Part shown: one piece after another, positions 39,601 to 53,100 of the stretch
Position numbering within the stretch: position 1 is the first letter of the stretch
How the letters are laid out: every line of letters begins with the position of its first letter
Source: Chrysomallon squamiferum
Lineage: Eukaryota; Animalia; Mollusca
DNA: 64,000 bases
Direction of reading: 5' to 3'
NCBI GenBank assembly: GCA_012295275.1
Contig: CM022666.1
Span: 11,222,001-11,286,000 of the forward strand
Position numbers and translations under genes: made by a program
Notes under the pieces: generated by a model
Databases searched by the model: none
What the model was told of the DNA's origin: nothing
Seen by the model: only the letters and a program-made list of their open reading frames with translations

Positions 39601-42600
39601 ATGAAACTATTGCTGTGATGGATATTATTTAATTGCTATCTATAATATTTACCTCCCTTTCTAGCAACATATTTTTAGGGTTTTTTTTGTTTACTTATTT
39701 ATGTTTGTTTACACTGGGAGTCATTAAAGATCTCAATGTTTAACTGAGCAGTGTATTAATAAAATAAAAAAATATTAAAATTGGAAACACTATTTAGGAT
39801 AATTTCCATGTAGTAGAAAAGAAATTTGAAACTGATTTCTACATATGAACACACTTGAACATCAGCAAATGTCAAAATAGTGGGACAGAACAGTGGCAAA
39901 GAGGCCACAACTCTGACTGAGTATTTTCATTTAAAACAAGACACTTGTCTTGCTCCCAACTTATAAAAAACAACTCACTTCTATATTTAACTTATCATTA
40001 TTTCTTTTTTATTTTTGTTTAGACAGTTCTAAGTAATTTTTGTCTTCATGTAACATCATTCTTTTAGATTATCATATTTGTCATTTCAGGGAGCTCATGG
40101 ATAAATACCCGAGTCCACACACTTGTCTTTTGCTTGGTGATGCTTACATGAGCATCCAAGAGGTAAAAAATGCTTTTCAGATAATCTTTTATATATTCAG
40201 TTTAGAACTTTGGAGTAGTATGAATCTAATCTACTTATATTTACAAATATAAAAAATATAAAACAAAAACTGAACTTTTATTAAAGATAAACTATTTTTG
40301 ACTGGTTGTTGATTTTTCAGCCAGAGAAAGCCATTGAGGTTTACGAAACGGCTTTGAAGAAGAATCCGCGTGATTCAAGCCTTGCCAGCAAGATAGGTCA
40401 GGCTCTCGTAAAAACTCACAATTATGGAAAGGTAACTGACTGATGTTAATGCTAGGAAGTAACGTGGGCTTTAACCCACATTATGGAAAGGTAACTGACT
40501 GATGTTAATGCTAGGAAGTAACTTGGGCTTTAACCCACATTATGGAAAGGTAACTGACTGATGTTAATGCTAGGAAGTAACTTGGGCTTTAACCCACATT
40601 ATGGAAAGGTAACTGACTGATGTTAATAACTAGGAAGTAACTTGGGCTTTAACCCACATTATGGAGAATGATGATAACATTGTTTTGATGTTATGTAACA
40701 TTATCTGATTTTATAAGTCACACATATTGGTATCTTTGTTATTTTCTTTATTAGCCATTATTATTTATATTCCAACATGAAAAGTTACAATTGTACTGGT
40801 ACACATTAATTTTAATAGTTGAAGAAAAGTTCTAAAACCAACAATTGGATTTCAGAATTTTTCAGATTTAAGAATATAAGGAGGTAACCTGAAAACAGGA
40901 TCTATGTCTAAAGCCATTTTCATTTCATTTACTGTTTATTCAAACAATCATCTAATTTTTTTATATAATATTTTTTAATATAATTTTATGCATAAAATAA
41001 AGTTTGCCAAACAATCCAAAAACTATTTCTACACAGAAAAAGTTTTGGATTTCAGAATTTTGGATAAGGGATTCTCAACCTGTATTATAAACATTGCTGT
41101 AAATGAGGTAAACAAATCATAAGTTGTAATCTGCTGTCTTTCATTTTATTTTTTTTACTCTTTTATATCGTGGACTTTTTGGTTGTGGGTTGTCAACTTC
41201 CTCTGTAATGGCTGCTTTAGCACAATGGTTGGATAGGACCTATTTTTCTCATAATTTTGAATTCAGATAATAAAAGTCGCTGTTTTCCTGGTCAGATTTC
41301 TACTGACTTTTATGAAATGTTTATCTACCTAGATATTTTGGTGTCACAAATATGTAGTGATAGGGGTTTTCATTCAAAGTTATGAGTATAATGCAATTAG
41401 CGTCAATTATGAAGTTTTCTTTTTCTGATTAAATGTGTTTATTTTTTTTATTAATTGTTATAATTAATTCACATAAATACCAGATCAGTTTTGTTGTAAA
41501 TTTTAAATAATCTTTACCTTAGTTGGCCTTTTAAAATGTTTGCTGATTTTATCTTATGGTTTGAAACTTGTATTTAGAACATTTCTGTTTAAACTTAGAA
41601 GCCCTAATTATTTTTCTTTTACAGCAGAATCTTTGAGAAAATCCCATGTGTCTGGTTTGAATGTACATTTAATAGAAAATTGTATTTTTCTTATAAATAA
41701 ATAAATAAAATATTAAAAATATATCATTAAAATGTTTTTGAAATGTAATAAACCTAAGAATAACTTTATTCCTCATTATTTAGAATATCACAGCAAAGAA
41801 ATATGAATGTACAGTAAAGAAAATATCTATACTTTGCAGGCAATAAACTACTATGAAGCAGCACTGAAATCTGGAGGACAGTCATTTCTAAGGTAGGCAG
41901 GGTTTTCTCCTCATTCTGCTCAGAAATACATATTTATTTTGTAATAGGAAACACACACACTGAAAGACACACAAACAAAGACTTTCCTATATGAAAAAGA
42001 AAACATCCAGTAAGACACACAAAAAGAGTGCATCCAGTAAGTGAACACAAAAGAAAAACATCCTGTAAGTGACACACAAAAGAGTAAGCATCCAGTAAGC
42101 AATAAACATCCAGTAAGTGACACACAAAAGAGTAAACATCCAGTGACACACAAAAGAGTAAACATCCAGTAAGTGACACACAAAAGAGTAAACATCCAGT
42201 AAGTGACACACAAGAGTAAACATCCAGTAAGGTAGGACACACAAAAGGTAAACATCCAGTTTTCTCACACATTCTGACACACAAAAAAGAGTAAACATCC
42301 AGTAAGTGACACACAAAAAGTATCCAGTATTTCCAGTAAGCACACAAAAGAGTAAACATCCAGTGAATTCCAGTCCACACAAAAGAGTAAACATCCTGTA
42401 AGTGGCACACAAAAGAGTAAACATCCTGTAAGTGGCACACAAAAGAGTAAACATCCAGTAAGTGACACACAAAAGAGTAAACATCCAGTAAGTGACACAC
42501 AAAAGAGTAAACATCCAGAAACACACAAAAGACACAACATCCAACACACAAAAGAGTAAGCATCCAGTAAGTGACACACAAAAGAGTAAACATCCAGTAA

Positions 42601-45600
42601 GTGACACACAAAAGAGTAAACATCCAGTGACACACAAAAGAGTAAACATCCAGTGACACACAAAAGAGTTAACATCCAGTAAGTGACACACAAAAGAGTA
42701 AACATCCAGTAAGTGACACACAAAAGAGTAAACATCCAGTAAGTGACACACAAAAGAGTAAACATCCAGTAAGTGACACACAAAAGAGTAAACATCCAGT
42801 GACACACAAAAGAGTAAGCATCCAGTAAGTGACACACAAAAGAGTAAACATCCAGTAAGTGACACAAAAAAGAGTAAACATCCAGTAAGTGACACACAAT
42901 CAGCCATAATACTGGTAAAGGGTAAAATGCCATCAAAAGCAGTTTTCTAAGAGAGAAGTTAAAAACAAAACCATTGCAAATTTTAAAATTCATGTTGAAA
43001 GACAAATGGAACAAATAAATTTTGAAATTTTACAAATTATCATGCCAGTTTCATTTGTGAACCACTCCTCAATAACAATCAAATCTATTGGTACTGAAAC
43101 AAGGAGACAATCACTATGTTTTAACTTTTTGTTTCATTTTCAAATCACTATAAAATTCTATCCAGACATATGAATATTTTATTTGGAAATATGTATGGGC
43201 TAATACACTTTTTTAAATTGTAAGTTTTTAATAAATATTCCCAGTACCTTCAAACTGGCTAAAACAAAATTATTTTCGTTTACATTAAAATACATACAAC
43301 ATGCAAAACGTATCCTAAAAATGAAAAATAAGTTTTATTAGATGATTGACTGTAGTAAACAAATTACAGTATTTAAAGGAATAATAAAGTTTATACACAT
43401 TTAAAAAAGTCATTGCTGATTCTCTGTGGAATGTGCATGATGTTTATACTTGTCAAAAGGGCAACTGGAAGTCACATAATTAGGTATTTGTAATATAACA
43501 AAAATGTAAGAGGAGCTTGGACTAATGAAATTATTTTCAGAGATCACAAAGTGAACTGATTAATGTGTAATGTTTTGTATTTATTGAGCATTTTCTAAAT
43601 GGTTTGAATGATACAATTGTCTCAGCATATTGAATAGAATTTGTAATGATATGTGCTGACTATAGTAGTTTATTTTTTTGAAGCTCAAATTTTTTACTTT
43701 TTATCTTATATATTTAGGGATTTGCAGCGTTCTGTTTATATACAGTAAAAATATTCAGCATCTTTAATTTGTATTCAGTAATGACCCATTGCTCTAAATA
43801 TAATAAATAAATATGTTAATATAAGCTATTTATTTCTCAATATCATCTGACAGTGTTTATCTATTGTAGATATGATCTTGCACAGTTGTTACTAAAACTG
43901 AGGCAGTATGATAAAGCTGAAAAAATTCTGAAATTAGCCTTAGACAATGAAGGACAAGGTTTGTATACTTATTGTTTGTATATTTTGTGGCTAAAAATAA
44001 AAGATACTAACTTTGATCAGTAGTTCTGATTTGTAAAGTACTGTATTAGGTGACATTAGAGTCATAACCTGAAAAGAAATTCAGATCACACTAGTGAATA
44101 TTTTTAGTTGTTTTTTGTGCTAGTCTTTTTCATTTCTTTTCTTTTTTCTTACTTGTGTTTTGATAATTAAAAATAAAAAAAAATATATGTGTGTGTCCTA
44201 TTCTCACAAAATGAGTCACTTGTTGGAACAATTCAAAAATGAGTTATTAGTGCCAGTTGAAATAGTAGCATTTCTGTTTTTGTATGGTATATCATAATAG
44301 TAGATACATCAGTTTTAAAGGGAGTTATTGTGTGATAAACACACTGGGTGTAGAAACCATAAAATGCAGAAAACAGCTTTTAAAGTATTCAGTTCTTGAT
44401 GTAGATATTATTTGGCCAGTTTAATGGAATCAGCATTGTTATATTCTGCTAATATGAATACAATATTAGTTTATTTTGTAGTTATTACCATTGTTAAGAA
44501 AAATCAACAGCCTACTACCATTATTCTTTGGTTTACAGGACACATCTGACTTAAACTTAGATCAGTCAATGGCTTTTTCTAGATTTTGTATTATTAAGTA
44601 AAGTAAAATTCTTGTTTAAAATAATTAATTATCCCTGTGTAATCAGTGCTACTAAAAAGAAAAACTACATTACTCTGACAGAAAAAACTAAATGTGCTGA
44701 TTTAATGGCTCATTGATAAAGAAATTATTCTGATTTTATATTAAAAATTATTGGTTATGTAATTACCAGTTTTGGTAACAATGGCTCACAGCCTTGCTTA
44801 TCTGGAACACGAGATGATAAAGAAGATCTGTACATGATCACATTCAGTATTCTATCAACATTCAGCACTATTCATTTTCTTTTATCTAGCTTTATTAAAT
44901 GACTTTTCACAGAACCAATGACATCAATAGCTAGTGGCATTATTTTGTTGATACCACTTGATCAAAATAGTTTACACTGCTGAACATTACACGGTTGTCC
45001 TAAGCAAACTAAGAGGCTGAAAAGCACAGATATTAAGATATTTATTAACATGGAAAGATGACATTTGAAGCTTGCTAGTGATGCCTAGTTTGTCAGGGAT
45101 TGCATAAAGGTTACCCTGCTGTTTTCTGCATGTTTTCAAGGCAGTGTTAGGTGTAGCAAATGGATTTTCACCCCTTTACAGAATTCAGTTTCAAGAGAAA
45201 AATATTTAGATGTAATCAATAGTGGAAATTGATAAAAGGATAGCTAAAGAATTGTATACAGGGAAAATCTCAAAATCAGTAGCTTCATCATTAATTCACA
45301 CAAAAAAAACAAGCATTTATTCAGAATCACAAAAATGTGTTTTGCCAACTTCTGACTCAGTTTGTGAATTTGCGACACACACACACACATATTATATATG
45401 TATTACTTTTAGATTTGGATACATTAATTGACAACACTCGCTATCTGATGTTATTGTCCAAAGTCTATCAAAAACAGGACAGAACTGAAGAAGCTGTGGA
45501 AACCTTAACAAAAGCAAGGGAAATGCAGGCCAGGTACACACCATAAATCATTTCTGTGGCTGCACTTTAAGAATATTTTTGATTCACTAATTAATGTTGG

Positions 45601-48600
45601 TTAACAAGAATTTTCTCCTTAACAAAAAACATAATTTTTGGTCACCCATACTAAATTAATTTCTGTGTTAAGAGCTGCTGATATGAATGTCTTTTGTTAC
45701 TAGTAATCATTAATTATTAATATTAATATCATTAGAGTAATTATAAGAAAATTTCTTTTATGATATAAAAAAGTAAGCATGATATTGATAAACATTTTTC
45801 ATATTTATTCTTCATTTTCAGAGTTCTGAAAAGAGTTCAAGTAGAACAGCCAGATGCTTACCAAATTCAGAAACAGCTTGCTTCAGAGTAAGTACTGTAG
45901 ATATTGTAGATTAATAGGTGATAAAATTGATGATTTATATTCTGATAAGTCTGTCAAATGTCAGCTGAAAAATAATCTGATTTCCTTGTGTTTGAGCATA
46001 TCAAATCTTAGCTTTCTTCCAGTTTCAGATATTAAGCTAAATCATTTTGTGTGCACTGAGGTGAAAAATTAATGATTATTTTGACTTTATAATGATAATT
46101 TTGTATTTCTTTCATTGCTTCACTGTTTCAAATTTCAAGACACTGAAATGAAATGCTTTTTACAAGCTATTATAATAGCTGCATACAAATATTACAAGAG
46201 CTATTCTTTCATCCAGCTTTGTGTCCTTGGTTAATTCAGATCTTATTGTTCATAAGCTGTACATGTGTGAGTGTATGTTACACAGCAAATTCATGTTTTC
46301 TGAAAAACCAATTGAAATAAAAAATTTAGAAACAGTTCTTTCAATTCTTTTATTAAAATAATAATTAAGTTTATAAGTACATATATTTCAAAATTAGTTT
46401 CATTTTCTTTTTTTTAAATATTTCGCAGCATTTGTGGACAACTTGCTCAACAAGCACAGAATCAGAGAGATTATGAGAATGCCATCAAGTTTTATAAAGA
46501 TGCTCTTGTTTACAATGAAGATGACAGCAAGGTATGATCATGAAATTTAAAAAATGAATTATGTAAAATATTGATCTATTTCATTGATATTTTTAAAACA
46601 AGAGAAGATTCAGATTTCAGAATTTTATGTAAGTAATAAAAAGCATTTTGTTTTAAATGCCAAACTACATTTAAAACAGATTAGTAATATTAGAGAAAAT
46701 GTAAATAAAAAATAAGTCTATCTTAGTTATTATTTGTAAATACTTTAAACGTTGTAGAAGTTTAATTAACATGAATTATTATAGGATAGTTTGACATAAT
46801 ATTTATTTAAGGTTTAATCTTGTATGTAAGGAGGATTTTGTTTGTTTGTTCTTTCAGGTTATGCTGGAGCTTGCTGGTCTTTACCTGGTGACAGAAGATT
46901 TAGACTCGTGTCAGCACCAGTGTATGACTCTCTTGAAAAATGATGGTGGACATGATGCTGCTACAATAGTATGTGAAAATTAAATTTCTAACTGAAAGAG
47001 TCGGCTATATAAGCCTTTTCATAAAATCTTAACACTGCAATTCTCCAAGTTCAGTGTTTCTGTAACCTGACTGGTGTGTTCTATCAGATTAGTTCTACCA
47101 ATATTTCAGGCAAATTCATATGAATTATTTGTTTGTATTCTTTCCAAGAGCAGTTTTTTTTTAATTTTTTTTTTTTTATATAAATCTTTTCATTACTATG
47201 TGATATGTGTTGGAAATGTAAAGTTATTTATTTTATTTAGATGCTTGCTGATCTCATGTTCAGGAAGAATGACTATGATTCAGCAGCACATCATTTCCAG
47301 CAACTGCTGCAGTCAAAACCTGGTATTTATGTATTCTCTGTTAATCTTCACCTCATCTCCTTTATTAATCACATTCAGTTAGGACAGTCTCATTTGTTGA
47401 TATGATCCAGTCTTCTGAGAATTTATATTTTAAAAATACCAAAATTACTTCATATAAATTAAATATTTTTGTATTAAAATTGACTAAAATTTTTACTAAT
47501 TGAGAATTACAAACATAATATTTTTATAATTAAGAAAATCAATCTTTACTGACTACTTTATACATGATGAGATGTTTGTTTCAGACAACTATGAAGCTTT
47601 ATCAAGACTGGTTGACTTGATGAGACGTGCAGGCAAATTGGATGATGTTCCAAAATTCTTAGAACTGGCAGAAAATGCATCTGCACGCTCTTCAATGGAC
47701 GCTGGACTCAACTACTGTAAGGCATTGTATGAGTGGTAAGATAACTTATTTATTCATTAATTCTGTGTATACACTTTCAGTAAAGAAGTTATTTCTATCC
47801 AACATTATTCAGATTTGGAATGAAATTAGTAAATTGATGAAAGCTTTATACAAAACAACAACAGAATTGAATAAAAATGTTCATTAGGAGTCAACAGTAG
47901 AAAAAGAATCACTGATTATATCACATATGAGTATTTAGTGAATTATATCTGTATGCAGAAAAAAGATGGCTGAAAAACTTTGATAAGTTTAATTAAAAAA
48001 AGCTGTTCCAGGAAGATACCTTGTATTATCATGATGTCCTGGAACTGTCAGTTACTCATTGATCTGTAGGATCTATGTGTATTGTTCACCCTTTGTACCC
48101 TATGTCTCATGCTCTGAATTAAACTCAGTAAGGTTGGAATCAAGCCCATTTGGATGTAAAGCAGCTTCAAGTTCTGCTATAGTTTGAATTGGTGGATTCC
48201 TTTGATGAAAGTTACGTACAGGAATATCCTACAGATTCTGAGTGAGTTTCAGATCCTGACTGCAAGCTGGATGTAGTAGAGTCTTCTGCTGAAGAAACTC
48301 CACTATGACCATTGTTCTGTGAGATTGTACACCTTTTAGAAGGTGCTTGTTGTAATGCGGCACTACACTGAATACAAATGATGTCAGTATGATGTTATTC
48401 CTTGTTGTCAACATGTGTGTGTTTTATAAACATAAATATATTTATAAATATATTTTAATAGGTACACTGGAAATCCAACCCAGGCTCTCAAGTTATTTAA
48501 TAAATCAAGGAAGGATTCTGAATGGGGAAATCAAGCAGTGTATAACATGATTGAAATTTGTTTAAACCCAGACAATGAAACTATTGGAGGAGAGGTGTTT

Positions 48601-51600
48601 GAATCAGTTGAAGGAGAGGGCAGGTACAGGTTTATTCATTTATTTTGGATTTCAGGAAGATATTCTCATGGTGTATTTTTAATGTAGCTGACAAATGAAA
48701 TATTTTGTGCTTCATTCAGAATTTTGTTGTTTTTTGGGTGGTTAAGTATTATTATTTTTCCTTTTTTCAGGTTTTAAGAGAATTTATGTCATTCACTTCT
48801 TTTGCAAAATAATATAGATTAAAAATACCCGTTTTGAAAAGCCAAAGGACAAAAGATTATAACTTTGCAGTTTAAAAAGTGTACATTTCATAGACATAAG
48901 TAGTCTCTTAACAAATTGGAACAGATTTTTCTAACATTATGTTAATAATGAAAAACAAAACAAAAACGTTTCTCAGCATTATCTCTTCTATGCTATATTT
49001 TAGACTTTTGTTTGCATGAGTTGGCAGTTTATAGATTTTATTCCAAATAAATTTACTGTTCTCTTTTTACAATTAAGCATTTCCTCTGACACGGAGAAAG
49101 CTGACAGTGAACAAATGGCTGTGAGAACAGCAGAGAAGTTGTTACGGGTAAGATTAGTTTTTCTAATGGTATTTTCCCCAAGAAGTAAATGAGTAATGAT
49201 TAAAATATCGGAACATCACACTTGTTCTTGTACTTTTCTTTTCTAGGAAGTAAAACCAAAGCCTGGAGATATTCGCCCCAAGCTGTTGGAAAATATGGCA
49301 CTCATTGCAACAAAACAGAAACAAAATGTGGAGAAAGCACTGTCAGCTTTCATGCAGATTGCAGCACAGGAGGTCTGATAAAAATATCCTTTCTTTTTTT
49401 AAACTATTTGTCAGCATTTGATTTATGAAGTCAGATATAATTTGACAATAGTTATATTCACTGAACTGACATAATCATATATATTATTTAACTAGATTTC
49501 AAACAGTAAGTTGTTTCTTATTAAGTATTCTTAGTATCAAACAGATTCCCAGGTTTATACTCATTACGTTTGCCTTTTAGAATAGTTAATTAATTAATTA
49601 GTACAGAGCTCTACTATTTCATTTTCTGTTTATGAATAATATAAATGTGGCAAGGCAGATTGTTTTCTATGGCAGAAGATTGAATTCAATCTATGTAGAA
49701 TCAAAATTGAAAACAAAATCTCTACATGAAAGTTTTAATTTACAGCGAGACCATGTTGGAGCACTGTATGGAATGGCAGCTGCCTACATGGTTTTGAAAC
49801 AGACACCTAGAGCAAGAAATCAGCTCAAGAGAGTCCAGAAAAATCCATGGACTATTCAGGTAAAGATAACTGAAATTATTGTTTTCAGTATTATTTCTGA
49901 GATATTTACTGCTCTGAAATATGTAGATTATGTAAACATTTAGTTCAGGTAATACATTATGAGGTTTACCAGTCAGAATGCTTTTAGTTTATATTTATTT
50001 TCTAGGATGCTGATGATTTAGAAAAGAGTTGGCTTCTGCTTGGTGACATCTACATCCAGGTATTTATGTTAATATGTCCCTGTGTTTTAAAAGTATAAAG
50101 TAAGTAAAAGTCTTTAAAATTATGGGGTTTTTATGGCAATATAATTTAATTAAGTTTTCCTTTTATTTTCTATAATGACATTTTAAATTAAAAATAATAT
50201 TCTACCCTTCTCAGTCTTTCATTTTGTTTTAATTATTTTGTTTTTGTGTCTTTTAACATTTTAGTCTGGAAAATATGACATGGCCACTGACCTATTAAAG
50301 AAGTGCTTGCAGTATAATAAGGTTTGTTGACAGTGCTAAATTATTCACAACTTATCTGAATTCACTATTTTATCAAAAACTTGAAAATATTTTATTTCTT
50401 CCATTTCTAAGCTTTTTTAAACATATGAATCTTCAACATAGTCACATATTTTAAGGCCAGATACTCTAGTTGAAAATCGACCACAATATAAATCATTAAT
50501 TTTTTTGGTTGAAATTTTTATATTTTAGCAGATGTTTAATGTTTAATGTGTCTCTTATTGAGTGAATACTAGTAATGCATTTGTAATTAAAACACAGTGT
50601 TATTGTATAAAAATGGTCCGTACAAATTGTTGACTTGCCCATGTTTTCCTTTGTTTTGAAAGTTTGTTTCATGAAATCAGCAATGTTTGGGCCTTGCCAT
50701 AGCAACATGGATATATGGATAAAAAGTGACTTGAGACATATCTAAATAAAATTCTAAGTATCTACTTCACAGTTAATGCATAACAAAAATATAAAAGTAG
50801 AGACTATTGTTTATTACTATATTTTTAAAGCCATACAAAGCAATGGAAATTTCCTTATACAAAACAGTGGGGCCACTATCCAGATCTAACAGACGAGAAT
50901 ACAGAACAGCTGCCAATCTTCTGACAATCCTCCACATGCTATTATGAAAATAGCTTTCCATGTAAACAATTTTAACTGTTGACTTTTTGTACATGTGATT
51001 TTCTCAGTTCCTAATTTTGGAAAGTTAATATAGTGTTATTTTTTTTGCAAATGCAAAGTGACAATGCTGTGTCCTAAACATGTGTCAGTACAAGCTAGGC
51101 CAGTGCAACACTCAAGTGCTTGACTGAAAAAAGAGAAGGTTAATGAATAAGATTCTATCAGCATCTACCAAAACACTGGCACAAGAAGTACAACTGACAG
51201 CCATAAAGACTCACAAGATGTGTACAGGGCTGAAGACACTTTTCTGAAAAGGATGGTTCATGGATGATTTCACTGTGAAAAACAAAAACAACAAAATATT
51301 CCAAAGAACAAGTTCTGTCTGATTTAATGTCTACAGGATAGCTTAATGGACCCATAGAATATTTCCCTTCATCCATGACTTTAAAGTATCCTCAGCAATT
51401 TGATATGAAATAAATGAATTTTATTTCTTTGATTTTCACATTTTCTCATTTTTTATCATCTTCAGTCTAGCAAGGAAACTTTGTAAAGCTTATTATATGT
51501 TTTATTATAATTTTGTAAAAAAGTAAAAACAATTTTAAAAATGGTGTCATGTATGGAAATACTTTAAACATTGTAAAAATATTTAAAAAAACATGATTTA

Positions 51601-52198
51601 AAATTCTTCTAAGAAATATCAACAATATATTTGACATAAACTTGAGGTAACTTTTACTGTTTGGTGGCCATGTTGCATCATGTCCATAGTAAAGGTTGAA
51701 GAGAATTTTTAAATTCATCTTTTTTAATAATTTTAATCTATTACCACACTAATAAGAAAAATAAAACAGTTAAAATATATATATATATATATTTTTTTGC
51801 ACTGTTGTGTCTGGCCTTAATAGAAGTGAACACAAAAAGGATGGTCACACAGACTTACAAACACGTGTATATTTATGAAGAATTATTTTGTTTATTACAG
51901 TCATGCTGCAAGGCCTATGAGTATATGGGTTTTATAATGGAGAAGGAACAATCTTACAAAGATGCTGCCAATAACTATGAGAATGCATGGAAATATGGCA
52001 ACAAAAATAATCCTGTGATAGGTATTTGCCGATTCTTTTATAGAGTTTTTGCATTGTATTGTTTGAAACATTAAATACCTTCATATAGAGGTGGCTAAAC
52101 ATGTTCATGTTGATATTTATGTGCATATTGTTAATGAATATAAAAATTAAAAGAAAACTGTTAAAATTAATAAAACTTATTTATTATTATTATTATTA

Positions 52199-52230
<32 letters not shown>

Positions 52231-53100
52231 ATTTATATAGCACCTTAGCCATATTGAGTAAGTTCAAGAGTGCATTGCAGTTTAAATTAATAAACTAAAA
52301 TATAAAAAGGCATGGACATAAACAGAAACATAATGGTGAACATAAATAGTCATATTTAAATTATTTTATTTTTTAAAAGAAAATTTTCATTGTCACCTTC
52401 ATTTTCCTGTATTTTACTTTCTTGTTTTGTTTTGTAGGGTACAAATTAGCTTTCAACTATATGAAAGCAAAACGATTTGTAGATGCAGTTGATATATGTC
52501 ATCATGTAAGTTTTGGGGTTTTTTTAAATATTTGTTATATGTGTAACAGTTGATATAACTGACAGTGTGATGTAATTTAGGGCATGCAAAAACTGAGATT
52601 ATGTTATAGCACAGGAAAGTATAAGCAGTGTATTAACAATGCAGTGGTGCCATCCCATGTTGTTTTTTCGTTTTTGTGTTTTTTTCTTTACTTTTGAACA
52701 GACATCAGTTCTAAGTAATAAGCAAAGTTTACATGACTTATGCACCTGCCATGGAATTGTAATCTAGCATAAAAATATTAAATGATTATCAGTATTTTTG
52801 AAAATATAATGTTTCTTATGTGGATGCAATACAAATTTATTTATCATTGTCAGGTTTAATAGTTAATATGTTTTAATAAAAAAAAATTAAAATAAAATAA
52901 TGTTTGAATTAATTTTGGAGATGAAAATATGACTTAATTTAACAGGTATAGATATTTACCTCATTACAGTGAATGGATATATCTGCTCCTTGTTAACAAA
53001 TAATATGTTATTATATTTCCAGGTTTTGTCAAGTCATCCAAATTATCCTAAAATAAGGAAGGATATTCTGGAAAAGGCTAGGTCCAGTCTGCGAGTGTAA
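27622..53100 (+). CDS. TTC21B: Tetratricopeptide repeat protein 21B / IFT139 (IFT-A subunit), complete, ~38 coding exons
   Basis: Spliced frame MAESDPVTL|[15 protein letters not shown]...[11 protein letters not shown]...[15 protein letters not shown]...[24 protein letters not shown]...[23 protein letters not shown]...[21 protein letters not shown]. Approximate exon starts: 27622, 28817, 29199, 29693, 30036, 30309, 30698, 32846, 33078, 33629, 34285, 35099, 35786, 36182, 37521, 38217, 38423, 38733, 39113, 40090, 40321, 41840, 43870, 45413, 45822, 46429, 46858, 47241, 47585, 48462, 49078, 49247, 49746, 50006, 50264, 51901, 52438, 53023. Confidence 0.96.
31880..32580 (+). mobile_element. Fossil rve-integrase transposon (Ginger/GIN-related, KRBA2/SCAND3-like) in a TTC21B intron
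   Basis: Frameshifted pieces [38 protein letters not shown]...MDI...[13 protein letters not shown] match the 'RGQVDLIDMQ..KWIMVYQDH.TK...LRPL.SKRA...P.ILQSDNG.EF' integrase core. Confidence 0.75.
40421..40666 (+). repeat. 59-bp tandem repeat (4 units plus partial) that includes the exon end and 5' splice site
   Basis: attatggaaag|gtaactgactgatgttaatgctaggaagtaac.tgggctttaacccac starts at 40421, 40480, 40539 and 40598. Confidence 0.95.
40845..41082. mobile_element. Tigger-type (MER46/Zombi-like) terminal remnant
   Basis: Ends ttttggataagggattctcaacctg followed by TA, with subterminal ttggatttcagaatttt repeats at ~40847 and ~41045. No left TIR was found. Confidence 0.5.
41945..42900. repeat. 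30-bp minisatellite (with 26-bp variants) in a TTC21B intron
   Basis: Unit gacacacaaaagagtaaacatccagtaagt repeats about 30 times; variants lack aagt. Confidence 0.97.
48000..48414 (-). mobile_element. Fossil Tc1-like transposase C-terminal fragment
   Basis: ...[25 protein letters not shown]...[15 protein letters not shown] resembles WPAxSPDLNPIENLWD...PPQT..EL..AL. Confidence 0.6.

Noticed and set aside
41920-43014. 241-306 aa minus-strand ORFs open in all three frames
   Set aside because: The 30-bp unit simply lacks stops on that strand, and 26-bp variants shuffle the frames, so there is no sign of coding constraint.
50800-51400. Faint piggyBac-like transposase traces on the minus strand
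   Set aside because: Only a vague motif resemblance; not supportable without a search.
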